From an uncultured cyanobacterium (GTDB lineage: Bacteria; Cyanobacteriota; Cyanobacteriia; Cyanobacteriales; Nostocaceae), in assembly GCA_963706595.1 (NCBI GenBank), contig OY970166.1:832001-896000 (forward strand): a stretch of 64,000 bases of DNA, in the 5' to 3' direction. The notes under the pieces were generated by a model. That model did no database searches. It saw only the letters and a program-made list of their open reading frames with translations, and had not been told where the DNA came from. The position numbers and the translations under genes were made by a program. This document shows positions 41,016 to 51,308 of the stretch, one piece after another (position 1 is the first letter of the stretch; every line of letters starts with the position of its first letter).

Positions 41016-41258
41016 ATGAAGTCAGATAAAAAAATAATAATCGACGAACTCTCTGATTCGCGCTCGGTGTGGATTGAACTAACGGATGAAGAAAGCAAGA
41101 AGACAATTGGGGGTTTTCAAGAAAGTAAGAATAACTTGAGCCAGAGTTTAGTTGAGGTTGTAACAACTGCGGAAATTCAACTTTCTCATAAATGGGCTGC
41201 AACGCGACTTGGTGATATCGAATTTTCTATCACAATTAGCAACGAATATTCTCACTAA
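41016..41258 (+). CDS. Small protein with double-glycine leader motif
   Basis: SD GAGGAG; ELTDEESKKTIGG. Confidence 0.55.
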   Translation: MKSDKKIIIDELSDSRSVWIELTDEESKKTIGGFQESKNNLSQSLVEVVTTAEIQLSHKWAATRLGDIEFSITISNEYSH

Positions 41259-41336
41259 ACAGAGGACTTAGTTTTCTATTTTTACTTTTTGTAAGTAGGG
41301 GTTGCTGAAAATACAAGTAGGTTATATTACCAAGTT

Positions 41337-41465
41337 TTACCACATCACAAATTCACGTTGATTCCTATCAAAAAGTGCATCTACTGATATTTTTAATCTG
41401 TCAGCAGTTATCAACTCTGTTGCAAAAAATAATTCATCCTCATCACCAAATTTGCCCAAAATCAT
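41337..41465 (-). pseudogene. Truncated clan AA (retropepsin-like) aspartyl protease
   Basis: MILGKFGDEDELFFATELITADRLKISVDALFD| breaks where D(T)G is expected; ATG overlaps the upstream stop (ATGA). Confidence 0.55.
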
Positions 41466-41779
41466 ATCCTACCGCACGCCCCAGTTTCATTAATGCGGAA
41501 AATTTGCAGCCTCATATTCGGGTATTTTTGATGTGCTTTCTGTGCAACTACTAAGATATCTTCGTCAATAAAATATTCTCCACTTTCAGGTTCAACTGCC
41601 ATGTACCAGTTATGGTAAGTTTTGATTAATTCTGGTTGTATTTGAGCAAAAATTGACTGACAACGCTCTTTAAATGCTTGGCGTTCAGCTTTCCATTGGG
41701 CTTTCTGGTGTTCTGTCCACTGAATTTCTGGAAAAATTCTTCCCCGGTATACTGTACGCGTTGACTTGGCTTCAGTCAT
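41462..41779 (-). CDS. Small hypothetical protein of the type paired with aspartyl proteases
   Basis: WYMAVEPESGEYFID...FRINETGACGRI. Confidence 0.7.
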   Translation of the reverse strand: MTEAKSTRTVYRGRIFPEIQWTEHQKAQWKAERQAFKERCQSIFAQIQPELIKTYHNWYMAVEPESGEYFIDEDILVVAQKAHQKYPNMRLQIFRINETGACGRI

Positions 41780-41965
41780 GGTTAATTATCTGTTGAATCC
41801 AATATCTATATTTTGCGGCATTTCTCATTTGGATGAGCGATCGCTATCAACTACCACGCAGCCTAATTTATACATAATTATTATGCTTGTTGCAGAACTA
41901 CCATGATTGTTCCGATTCGAGGGTATCTATCGGAAAACGCGCCGTTGGTGTGGTGGCTCAAGGTC

Positions 41966-42018
41966 TTGTCAAACATTACAATTAACGATACTATACGACT
42001 CTAACGACAAAAGCGACA
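41966..42018 (+). promoter_or_regulatory. Sigma70 promoter with overlapping CGA(C/T) direct repeats
   Basis: TTGTCA-17 nt-TACTAT; repeats aacgata, tacgact, aacgaca, agcgaca at 41984, 41994, 42003, 42012. Confidence 0.65.
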
Positions 42019-42019
42019 A

Positions 42020-42226
42020 ATGCTCGAAGATGTACAACACAACAATAATGAAGATGAAATCTCATTTCTGACAACTAATGAAGTGGCTAATCTTCTTCGT
42101 GTTCACCAAAGGACTGTACAACGATGGATATCATCAAATCGTCTTAAAGCTACAAAAATAGGACCAAGAGTTTGGCGGATTAAAAAACAAGATTTAGATG
42201 ATTTTATGGGAATTGACCACAATTAA
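42020..42226 (+). CDS. Excisionase/HTH_17 DNA-binding protein, probable R-M controller
   Basis: LTTNEVANLLRVHQRTVQRWISSNRLKATKIG..WRI. Confidence 0.85.
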   Translation: MLEDVQHNNNEDEISFLTTNEVANLLRVHQRTVQRWISSNRLKATKIGPRVWRIKKQDLDDFMGIDHN

Positions 42227-42255
42227 AATTAATTAAAGTAAAAATAGGAGTTAAA

Positions 42256-43569
42256 ATGGCAACAGGCATAACAAAAAAAAATGGTACTAAAAGTAAAAAA
42301 CAAAATACAATATCATTCCGCCTAGAATATGAAGGAAAAATCCCTGTAGAAGAGATACTCAAGACTCAACCTGCGAGACTTCGGCGTATAATTCGCGTAG
42401 ATAAAAACCCAATAAATCAATTAATTTATGGTGAAAATTTAAGGGTTCTTAGTTCATTAATAAAGAATGAAGCTCTTGCTGGTAAAGTAGGGTTAATTTA
42501 TATTGATCCCCCTTACGCAACTGGGAGTAGTTTTGAGTCACGAAAAAGAGACCATGCTTATCATGACATAATGGAAGGTGCAGAATATTTAGAATTTATC
42601 CGCCAACGCCTTATTTTATTAAGAGAACTTTTATCTGAAGAAGGTTCAATATATGTGCATCTAGATGAAAATATGGCTTGTGCTGTAAAAATTATAATGG
42701 ATGAAATTTTTGGAACCAAAAATTTTCGCAATTGGATTACTAGAAAAAAATGTAATCCTAAAAACTATACACGTAACCAGTATGGAAACATTGCAGACTA
42801 TATTCTATTTTATACAAAAACAGAAAATTATGTATGGAATCAGCAATTTGATCCTTGGACTGAAAATACTGCAAAAAAGGAGTATCAATATGTTGAAGAA
42901 CACACAGGAAGAATTTATAAAAAAGTTCCTATTCATGCTCCAGGTGTAAGAAAAGGCGCAACAGGTCAATCTTGGAGAGGAATGCTACCACCACCTGGTA
43001 AACACTGGCAGTATACTCCTCAAACTTTAGATGAAATGGATACACGAGGAGAAATTTACTGGTCTTCTACAGGAAATCCCAGAAGAAAAGTTTATTTAGA
43101 TAATAGTCAAGGTATTTCCGTTCAAGATATCTGGCTGAATTTTAAGGATGCTCACAATCAAAATATAAAAATTACTGGTTATCCCACAGAAAAAAATTTA
43201 GATTTGATCAAAAGAATCATTCTAGCCTCATCTAACCCAGGAGACCTTGTTCTAGATGCCTTTGCTGGAAGTGGAACTACTGCCGCCGTAGCGGAAGAGC
43301 TAGGTAGAAAATGGATAGCCATTGATAACTCATCACTAGCTATAACTACAATAGTTCAACGTTTAGTTAAAGGAACCGAAGCAATGGGCGATTTCGTTAA
43401 TGGAAATAATTCTATTAAATATGAACAACAAAGCTTAATAAATACAAATCGAATTTTACAGACTGGTCTGGATTTGTATTTTGAGGAAACACCTGAGTTA
43501 GAGTTAATCTCTGATACTGCGATAAAAGATTGGAATAATCAACTTAACTTTCAAGCCAATCTTTTGTAA
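42256..43569 (+). CDS. Beta-class N6-adenine DNA methyltransferase, M.EcaI-like
   Basis: DPPY before FAGSGT; segments PIHAPGVR, GMLPPPGKHWQ, TGNPRRKVYL, TGYPTEKN recalled from M.EcaI. Confidence 0.88.
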   Translation: MATGITKKNGTKSKKQNTISFRLEYEGKIPVEEILKTQPARLRRIIRVDKNPINQLIYGENLRVLSSLIKNEALAGKVGLIYIDPPYATGSSFESRKRDHAYHDIMEGAEYLEFIRQRLILLRELLSEEGSIYVHLDENMACAVKIIMDEIFGTKNFRNWITRKKCNPKNYTRNQYGNIADYILFYTKTENYVWNQQFDPWTENTAKKEYQYVEEHTGRIYKKVPIHAPGVRKGATGQSWRGMLPPPGKHWQYTPQTLDEMDTRGEIYWSSTGNPRRKVYLDNSQGISVQDIWLNFKDAHNQNIKITGYPTEKNLDLIKRIILASSNPGDLVLDAFAGSGTTAAVAEELGRKWIAIDNSSLAITTIVQRLVKGTEAMGDFVNGNNSIKYEQQSLINTNRILQTGLDLYFEETPELELISDTAIKDWNNQLNFQANLL

Positions 43570-44413
43570 ATCTCTCGTCAAGCATTTTCAGGGTACACAC
43601 CATTACTCTACCGTTACCATTGTTTTCCATGCTAGCGTAATCATTCCACATAGAACCTAGAAGTAATCCTGGTCCATCATTCAGAAAAAACACTTTTAAA
43701 GGGACTTCATAGGTATCAGCATATTTAAAAATATCTGTTATTTTATCTCGATTACCACCTGTTCGATCATCTTCTTGCGAGCCTCCTCTGTCAGAGTCAT
43801 AACGAGAAAATCCAACTACCAATGGGGTTCCATCTAATCGAGATATCAGAATATCAGCTGGAGTTTTACTTTCCCAATTATCTAAAACCTCATTAAGCAT
43901 TACATCTCTTCCACCCCGAATCGGTCCTTGAATTAGGTAATGTTCTCCAAATGTTTTACGAAAATGTGAGAAAAAAGCTTCTGTCAAGTCATAACCTTTT
44001 TGTCCTCGTGTCTTCTGTTCTAAAAGAATTGCCATCAGAGCTTCATCAGGGATTGGGCGAGCTTTTAATTTTTTCCTAACCTCATCTAAATTACGGAATC
44101 TATCACCAAAATCATCAATTATACTCAATATTTTTGTCTTCCTCTTAATCATTTCAACTGAAGTATCAGGTGATACGTACCTGCGAAATATTCTAAGAAG
44201 TTGAATTCGTAGCGGATCAGGATCTTGTGTAATAAGTTCAAGTAAGTTTGCAGAACTTTCCGCTTGATTTACCAATTCTGTAAAGCGTTCCAAAACTTTT
44301 TCATAGAGCATTTTAGCTTCATCTAAAGAATCTGGGTAGAATGCTGAGTCAAATATAGTAATCCATTTAGATGCGGTTGCTTTGTAACTACTGAATCAAT
44401 TAAACACAACCAT
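43544..44413 (-). pseudogene. Type II restriction endonuclease (BstEII/EcaI-like) with nonsense codon 6
   Basis: RYDSDRGGSQEDDR and NDGPG motifs; SD AAGGAAG and ATG 44413, in-frame TGA at 44396-44398, then open into the tracked ORF at 44311. Confidence 0.7.
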
Positions 44414-44555
44414 AAATCTTCCTTGCCATAATGAATACAATTAATCCAGTATAAATTGCATTGAGTCCATCCGAGCTAAAACCTGCCTGCAATATAGTTT
44501 GAACATCCCTATCTATTTTGATTAGGTTTTCTTATTTGAATTAAGAGGAAAACAA

Positions 44556-44753
44556 ATGATGACACCAATTGAGTTGAGAAATAAAGGTTATCAGGTTTTA
44601 GTAGAAAATTTGGGTCAAGTAGATGCTATTCGCTTTTTACAACAAGATGGATGGGGAAGCGGTGACTATACACAGGAAAGAAAGGAAACTTTAGCTAAAG
44701 TAACGAGAGAAGAGTTTTGGGAAGACCTGAAGCGAATTAGAAATAAAGGGTGA
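44556..44753 (+). CDS. Small antitoxin-like hypothetical protein
   Basis: SD GAGGA; GYQVLVENLGQVDAIRFL..GDYTQER; no partner toxin adjacent. Confidence 0.6.
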   Translation: MMTPIELRNKGYQVLVENLGQVDAIRFLQQDGWGSGDYTQERKETLAKVTREEFWEDLKRIRNKG

Positions 44754-45067
44754 GTTAAGAGGGTTATTCAATAGGGATTGGTTTTTTTGCTAGATGAAAC
44801 AAATGATGGTGCGTTGCGCTACGCGACAACACACCCTACAAATAAGGATTTTGAGTAAATTTAATCATTTGTGTGTACACCGTAGCTTAAACCACAGGAG
44901 AAGCAAACGGCGCGATCGCTCATCGCCAAGACTAGCTGTAAGATATATGATCACAGGAAAAATAGACTGCTGAATACAGCCAAAATTGAATAGATGTGTA
45001 AATCAGGTGATTTTGACCTTGGTTCTGTAGTATTTTTGGTGCAAGCCTGTCTTAAAGAGATCATCTG

Positions 45068-45799
45068 ATGAAACAGATCCTTAACGAAATACTTAGCATT
45101 AAAAAATACCTACTTCGGCTAATTGTACCCTTACTGATGGTAGTTCTGGGTGCTTCAGTGTTTGTCTCACCTGCATTAGCTACAGGTGTATATCAAATCC
45201 CCAACCTCACCGAAAGCAATTGGGTTTTAGATCAAAGTGACATTATTAGTCGCGTCAACGAAGGTAAAATCAACAGTACCTTTGAGGATTTAGCCAAAAA
45301 AACAGGTAACGAAGTCAGATTTGTGACGATTCGTCGCCTCGATTATGGTGAAACCCCAGCAAGTTTTACTCAAGAACTGTTTGAAAAATGGTTTCCGACA
45401 CCAGCAGCACAAGCTAATCAAACATTGGTGGTACTGGACACTGTGACTAACGGTACTGCTATTGTGACTGGTGAATCAGTTAAGCCCTTGTTGACTGACT
45501 CTATCGCCGAAAGTGTGGTTTCAGAAACTCTGGGTATACCAATAAGGGACGGTAATAAATACAACCAAGCGTTTGTGGATGCAAGCGATCGCTTGGTCGC
45601 CGTCCTCTCTGGGGAACCCGATCCAGGTCCACCGATAGTTATTGACACTGTACAGGTAGAAGGTACATTTACCAAAGCCGAAGATACGGATCAAGGTAAC
45701 GCTACTGCTTGGGTAGTAGGACTTTTAATCGCCGCTACCGTGATCCCGATGGCTACTTACTTTGTTTACCAGATCAACCAACGATCATCTGAGGGTTAA
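45068..45799 (+). CDS. psb32: Photosystem II repair protein (TPM domain)
   Basis: Signal peptide, VTIRRLDYG, GEPDPGPP, C-terminal TM ATVIPMATY. Confidence 0.85.
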   Translation: MKQILNEILSIKKYLLRLIVPLLMVVLGASVFVSPALATGVYQIPNLTESNWVLDQSDIISRVNEGKINSTFEDLAKKTGNEVRFVTIRRLDYGETPASFTQELFEKWFPTPAAQANQTLVVLDTVTNGTAIVTGESVKPLLTDSIAESVVSETLGIPIRDGNKYNQAFVDASDRLVAVLSGEPDPGPPIVIDTVQVEGTFTKAEDTDQGNATAWVVGLLIAATVIPMATYFVYQINQRSSEG

Positions 45800-45852
45800 C
45801 TGTAACAGTTATCAGTTATCAGTGAACAGTTATCAACTAATTGTTCACTGAT

Positions 45853-46236
45853 TCAATCTTGAATATACTCTTGCCCTGACACTAAAGCCACCTCAGCCCG
45901 GACAAATTCGCGCCCTAAATAAGCCGCATGGTCTAACTGAGTGACTGGACAGGGCTGAGTTTCTTCAAAAATCTTGATTCCCAGTTCCTTAGCCGTCCTT
46001 CCACTAAAAACCGTTGTGTGAGTTCGTTCCACTTTCCCCCTAGCCGGAATTACCTTACCGGTTTCGGGATCGACGGCTAAACCTTGTTCATCAATGATAT
46101 TAGTGAAATGCTTGGCGTAAATTAACCCCGCGCTTCGATCTAAATAGATAATAAAATATCCGCCGGGGTCAAGCTCAATATAACGTTGCGAAAGTTTATT
46201 ATCAATTGCTGCCAAATCTTCAAGTATTAAATCCAT
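45853..46236 (-). CDS. DUF4346 family protein
   Basis: LDPGGYF, GRTAKE, LDHAAYLGRE, YIQD. Confidence 0.85.
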   Translation of the reverse strand: MDLILEDLAAIDNKLSQRYIELDPGGYFIIYLDRSAGLIYAKHFTNIIDEQGLAVDPETGKVIPARGKVERTHTTVFSGRTAKELGIKIFEETQPCPVTQLDHAAYLGREFVRAEVALVSGQEYIQD

Positions 46237-46318
46237 AAACATTCAAAAAAGCAAACTTGTTTCAACTGGTTTTTTACACCCATATATAAGTGTAATTCCT
46301 ATCTTCCATTGATCTGAT

Positions 46319-47014
46319 TCAAATTGGCAACCGATTAATATCTTTGTTATGGCCAATAACTACCATTGCTGAACCCCGTTCTAGACGTTTAGTGGGTTCG
46401 GGATTGATTTTAAATTTGCCATCCTGACTCACGGCTAGTAAATTCAAGCCATAGCGGTTACGCAGTTGCAGTTCGGAGATTGTTCGACCGTGGAATTCAT
46501 CCGGGACAATCATCTCGACAATACTGTTCTCTGGGTCGAGATCAAATCGGTCTAAAATAGATGGTTGAGTAAGCGATCGCGCTAAGGCACAACCTGCTTC
46601 ATATTCCGGAAAAACTACATGATCTGCACCCACTCGTTTCAACAGCTTACGGTGAACTTCACTAGAAGCTTTAGCCACTACATGAGGTACACCACCCTCT
46701 TTGACATTTAAAGTAGTAATGATACTTTCTTGAATGTAGTTCCCAATGGCAATGATTACCGTATCAAATTCAAATATTCCTGCTTCTTTAAGTGCGGCTG
46801 GTTCAGTTGAGTCTAGCTGTAAAGCATGACCAACCATTTCTTCATGTAATGCATCTGATACTAGCTTTTCATCTACATCTGTTGCTAGTACTTGATAACC
46901 CAATTTGTGTAACGTTGAACATACTGATCTACCAAAACGACCTAACCCAATTACCGCAAATTGGTGGTTATCTCGACGCAAACTGCGAAAAAAGCCTATT
47001 GATGACAGATTCAC
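46319..47014 (-). CDS. ktrA: Ktr/Trk K+ uptake NAD-binding subunit
   Basis: VIGLGRFG, GADHVVFPE, TrkA_C domain; GTG 47014. Confidence 0.9.
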   Translation of the reverse strand: MNLSSIGFFRSLRRDNHQFAVIGLGRFGRSVCSTLHKLGYQVLATDVDEKLVSDALHEEMVGHALQLDSTEPAALKEAGIFEFDTVIIAIGNYIQESIITTLNVKEGGVPHVVAKASSEVHRKLLKRVGADHVVFPEYEAGCALARSLTQPSILDRFDLDPENSIVEMIVPDEFHGRTISELQLRNRYGLNLLAVSQDGKFKINPEPTKRLERGSAMVVIGHNKDINRLPI

Positions 47015-47162
47015 ATTTGTTATCCTTATTTTCACTGCCTAATTTTAGCGTAAAAATGATTACACTAAAATTTGGTAAAAGTGTTAGTTTTTTGCCTACT
47101 CATTCATATTTTATCAGTTGATGTTACTGGGATCGAAGGATTAATTAGCCATTAATTAACAC

Positions 47163-48497
47163 CTATCCCACAAGTAAACTTTCTTCAGGATAGTGTACCC
47201 GACTGGGGCGGGGGTCTCCTAGTACAGCAGCCATTAGCAGTAAAACCCCGACTCTTCCCACATACATTGTGACTATTAAAATTAGCTTGGCTGGTACTGA
47301 CACGCTACTCGTGATTCCGGTGGAAAGCCCTACAGTCGCAAAGGCTGAGACCACTTCAAACAGCAGTTGAATAAAATTTAATTCTGGATCTGTGAGAGAA
47401 ATTAAAATTGTAGACAACAGTACCATAGCCACAGAACCAACTAAAACCGCAACAGCTTTTAAAATTAAAGATATGGCGATTTTGCGTTCATATAATAAAA
47501 CGTCTTCTTTGCCTTGAAGAATTGATTTGGTACAGCTGGTGAGAACTCTCAAGGTTGTAGTTTTTATCCCTCCTCCTGTGCCACTGGGACTAGCCCCAAT
47601 AAACATGAAAGCAATGGTAATAAATAACCCAGCCGTTGTCATTTTACCGACATCAATGCTATTAAAACCAGCCGTTCTGGTTGTAACCGATTGAAACCAA
47701 GCTGCTAGTAACTGAGTAGGTAAATTCAGTAAGCCGAATGTCTCTTGGTTTTTTGTCTCTATGAAAAAAAATGCGATTGTGCCGACGAAGAGAAGGATTA
47801 AAGTTGTGCTAGATGCGACTTTAAAATCTAAAGAAAATACGAAATTAGTGGTTTTTTTGAGCAGGCGATCGCGCACCCAAAGATACACTTCTAATATTAC
47901 CTGATAACCAATACCACCAAAAATGATCAACATGGTAATCGTGAAAACTACTAACCCAGATGACTGATATCCCACTAAACTATCTGAGAACAAACTAAAC
48001 CCAGCATTATTCCAAGCCGAAATACTATGAAAAGTCGCAAACCAAAGTCCTTGACTCCAGCCAAAATCGGGAATAAATGCCGGGAGAAGTAACAAAATGC
48101 CTGTTATTTCAAAGATAATAGTTGTGGCAATAATTGAGCGAATAATTTGAGAACTACCACTCATTCCCGGTCGGTCTAAAGTTTGCTGAATGGCGATTTT
48201 TTGCCGCAGGTTAAATTTCCGCCCCACGAGCATAATCAAAAAGGTGGTGGTTGTCATGTACCCCAAGCCGCCAATTTGAGCTAACAGCAAAATACACAAC
48301 TGACCCCAAAAAGAAAAATCAGTCCCAGTATCAGCGACAGCTAACCCCGTCACACAAACGGCGGAGGTGGCTGTAAATAGCGCCACAATGGGGTCATTCC
48401 AAGTCCCACTGCTAGTAGAGAAAGGCATCATCAGCAGGATAGTCCCCACGGTGATCACAGCTAAAAATCCCAAGCAAACTGTGCGAGAAACGGTCAT
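47163..48497 (-). CDS. ktrB: Ktr/TrkH K+ uptake membrane subunit
   Basis: Pore loops SAVCVTGL, NNAGF, RTAGF, ATVGLS. Confidence 0.92.
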   Translation of the reverse strand: MTVSRTVCLGFLAVITVGTILLMMPFSTSSGTWNDPIVALFTATSAVCVTGLAVADTGTDFSFWGQLCILLLAQIGGLGYMTTTTFLIMLVGRKFNLRQKIAIQQTLDRPGMSGSSQIIRSIIATTIIFEITGILLLLPAFIPDFGWSQGLWFATFHSISAWNNAGFSLFSDSLVGYQSSGLVVFTITMLIIFGGIGYQVILEVYLWVRDRLLKKTTNFVFSLDFKVASSTTLILLFVGTIAFFFIETKNQETFGLLNLPTQLLAAWFQSVTTRTAGFNSIDVGKMTTAGLFITIAFMFIGASPSGTGGGIKTTTLRVLTSCTKSILQGKEDVLLYERKIAISLILKAVAVLVGSVAMVLLSTILISLTDPELNFIQLLFEVVSAFATVGLSTGITSSVSVPAKLILIVTMYVGRVGVLLLMAAVLGDPRPSRVHYPEESLLVG

Positions 48498-48742
48498 AAC
48501 AAGATAAATACTTACAAGTTATTCCAGGTACGATACATCAGTTATCAGTTATCAGTTATCAGTCAAGAAACATAATTGGGTTGAAATCCCACACCTGATG
48601 CCTTGATCACTGTTCACTGTTCACTGTTCACTGATTTAACACCCCTAAAAGCAAAAACACTCTTCTATTCAATTAAAAACACACATGGTAGCCTACCAGT
48701 ATGTTTATTTAAATTCGGCATTGTTTTAACACTGCTTTCTTC

Positions 48743-49585
48743 ATGAGTGAAACACTATACCAGCAAATACAGCAATTTTATGACGCTTCCTCTGGTCTGT
48801 GGGAACAGATTTGGGGTGAACACATGCACCACGGCTATTACGGCGCAGATGGTAGCCAAAAAAAAGAGCGGCGACTGGCTCAAATTGATTTAATCGAAGA
48901 ATTACTCAAATGGGCTGAGGTAGAAACAGCAGAAAACATTCTGGATGTGGGTTGTGGTATCGGCGGTAGTTCTCTTTATTTAGCAGGTAAATTTAAGGCT
49001 GAAGCCACAGGAATTACTTTAAGTCCAGTACAAGCCGCTAGAGCCAACGAACGCGCCCAATATGCCGGTTTGAGTGGTAGATGTCGGTTTCAAGTTGCAG
49101 ATGCTCAAGCAATGCCTTTTGCTGACGATTCTTTTGATTTGGTGTGGTCACTGGAAAGTGGTGAACACATGCCAGATAAAACGAAGTTTTTGCAAGAGTG
49201 CTATCGAGTTTTAAAGCCTGGTGGAAAGCTGATTGTGGTGACTTGGTGTCATCGTCCCACGGATAATTCACCATTGACGGCTGATGAACAAAAGCATTTG
49301 CAAGAGATTTATCGGGTATATTGTCTACCCTACGTGATTTCGTTACCTGAATATGAGGCGATCGCTCGTCAACTTCCTTTAAATAATCTTCGCACGGCTG
49401 ATTGGTCAACTGCTGTGGCTCCTTTTTGGGATTTTGTGATTGATTCGGCTTTTACTCCCCAGGCGCTTTTCGGGTTACTCACTTCTGGTTGGGAAACTAT
49501 TCAAGGTGCATTGTCTCTGGGATTAATGAGTGACGGTTATAAACGTGGGTTGATTCGGTTTGCTTTGTTGTCGGGGACTAAATAG
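48743..49585 (+). CDS. vte4: Gamma-tocopherol methyltransferase
   Basis: SGLWEQIWGEHMHHGYY, LDVGCGIGG, ESGEHMPDK; next to the phytyltransferase. Confidence 0.9.
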   Translation: MSETLYQQIQQFYDASSGLWEQIWGEHMHHGYYGADGSQKKERRLAQIDLIEELLKWAEVETAENILDVGCGIGGSSLYLAGKFKAEATGITLSPVQAARANERAQYAGLSGRCRFQVADAQAMPFADDSFDLVWSLESGEHMPDKTKFLQECYRVLKPGGKLIVVTWCHRPTDNSPLTADEQKHLQEIYRVYCLPYVISLPEYEAIARQLPLNNLRTADWSTAVAPFWDFVIDSAFTPQALFGLLTSGWETIQGALSLGLMSDGYKRGLIRFALLSGTK

Positions 49586-49591
49586 AGGAAC

Positions 49592-49713
49592 GGGGGCAGG
49601 GGGCAGGGTGCAGGGGAGAAGAGGAACGGAACGATTGTTGAGTCACCGGAAGTTTAAAGTAATTTCTCACTCCCCCTTGCTCCCTGCACCCTGCTCCCCT
49701 GCCTCTTCTCCCC
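49592..49713 (-). repeat. ~110-bp dispersed hairpin element, copy C
   Basis: Reverse core CCGGAAGTTTAAAGTAATTTC. Confidence 0.8.
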
Positions 49714-49741
49714 ATTCCCTATTCCTTCATCTACAATTTTT

Positions 49742-50680
49742 ATGAATCAAATTTCTGGTCAATCTTCTAATTTTCAAAGTAATTGGCTTTATGCTTTTTG
49801 GAAGTTTTCCCGCCCACACACGATTATTGGTACGAGTTTGAGTGTGTGGAGTTTGTATTTAATTGCTGTTGCTATCTCCGCGACTGGTTTCTCTAATGAG
49901 CAACTAATTCCTGTTCTGGGTGCTTTGACTGCCTGTTTATGTGGCAATGTTTATATTGTGGGTTTGAATCAATTAGAGGATGTTGCGATTGATAAGATTA
50001 ATAAACCTCACTTACCTCTAGCATCAGGGGAATTTTCGCAGAAGCAAGGGCAGTTAATTGTCATAATTATGGGCGTTTTGGCGCTGGTTGTGGCTTGGCT
50101 AACTGGTCCTTTTTTGTTAGGCTTGGTGGCTTCGAGTTTGGCTATTGGTACTGCTTATTCTTTACCACCGATTCGTTTGAAGCAATTTCCCTTTTGGGCG
50201 GCACTTTGTATCTTTTCAGTGCGGGGAACTATTGTAAATTTGGGGCTATTTTTACATTTTAATTGGGCATTAGGACAAACTCCCGCAATTCCCCCGGCGG
50301 TTTGGGTACTGACAATATTTGTTTTAGTGTTTACCTTTGCGATCGCTATCTTTAAAGATATCCCCGATATGGAAGGCGATCGCCTTTACAATATCACGAC
50401 TTTCACGCTCCAACTCGGACCACAAGCAGTATTTAATTTGGCGCTGTGGGTGCTAACTGTTTGCTATTTGGGAATCATGTTAGTGGGTGTGCTGAACTTT
50501 CCAGACATTAATCCAGCATTTTTAGTCATTACTCATCTAATTGTGTTGGCTGGAATGTGGATGCGAAGTTTAGGCGTAGACTTAGAAGATAAAAGTGCGA
50601 TCGCTGATTTCTACCAATTTATCTGGAAACTTTTTTACCTCGAATATATTATGTTCCCTATCGCCTGTCTTTTAGCCTAA
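49742..50680 (+). CDS. hpt: Homogentisate phytyltransferase
   Basis: FSRPHTIIGT, NQLEDVAIDKINKPHLPLASG, KDIPDMEGD, FYQFIWKLF. Confidence 0.92.
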   Translation: MNQISGQSSNFQSNWLYAFWKFSRPHTIIGTSLSVWSLYLIAVAISATGFSNEQLIPVLGALTACLCGNVYIVGLNQLEDVAIDKINKPHLPLASGEFSQKQGQLIVIIMGVLALVVAWLTGPFLLGLVASSLAIGTAYSLPPIRLKQFPFWAALCIFSVRGTIVNLGLFLHFNWALGQTPAIPPAVWVLTIFVLVFTFAIAIFKDIPDMEGDRLYNITTFTLQLGPQAVFNLALWVLTVCYLGIMLVGVLNFPDINPAFLVITHLIVLAGMWMRSLGVDLEDKSAIADFYQFIWKLFYLEYIMFPIACLLA

Positions 50681-50684
50681 ATCT

Positions 50685-51161
50685 ATGTTAGAAACTTTTA
50701 AAACCACAGATATTTTTGCCATAATTCCAGTGGCGATCGCTTTGACAATTCTCGGTTATTTCTCGTGGAAAACTTTGGTAACTTTAAACTCTTTCCAAAA
50801 AGGAGTAAAACTTTATGAACAAAAAGATTACCCTGCGGCTGAAGTAGCTTTTCGCAAAGTAATTTCCAACAACTCGACTAATGACGTAGTTCGCTTATTA
50901 TTGGGAGACATTTTAAAAGAAAAAGGTAATGTCAAAGAAGCAACAGAATTATACCAAGAAGTAATTCGCAGCAGTCCCAAAAATCCTGATGCTTATCTGC
51001 GGATAGCAAATATATTCATGGAGGAAAATCAACCAGAAAAAGCCAAAGAAAATCTAGAACAAGCCAAATCCTTATTACAAAAACAGCGACAACCTGAAAG
51101 GGCGCAAAAAGTCAGTCATCTGTTAGCTAAAATTACCGCTAAAACTGGCAATCAAGCCTAG
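50685..51161 (+). CDS. TPR protein with N-terminal TM segment
   Basis: TPR-like helices (PKNPDAYLRIA). Confidence 0.75.
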   Translation: MLETFKTTDIFAIIPVAIALTILGYFSWKTLVTLNSFQKGVKLYEQKDYPAAEVAFRKVISNNSTNDVVRLLLGDILKEKGNVKEATELYQEVIRSSPKNPDAYLRIANIFMEENQPEKAKENLEQAKSLLQKQRQPERAQKVSHLLAKITAKTGNQA

Positions 51162-51308
51162 ATAGAAAAAACTCCCCCTCCGGCTCCCTCTCCTTACTAA
51201 GGAGAGGGTTGGGGTAAGGTTTCATGTATTACAAAAATGTGTAATAATAAGCCGATCGCACTCCGAGCAGTGCCAAAGAAAATCGCATACACTAGTTAGC
51301 TATCAATT

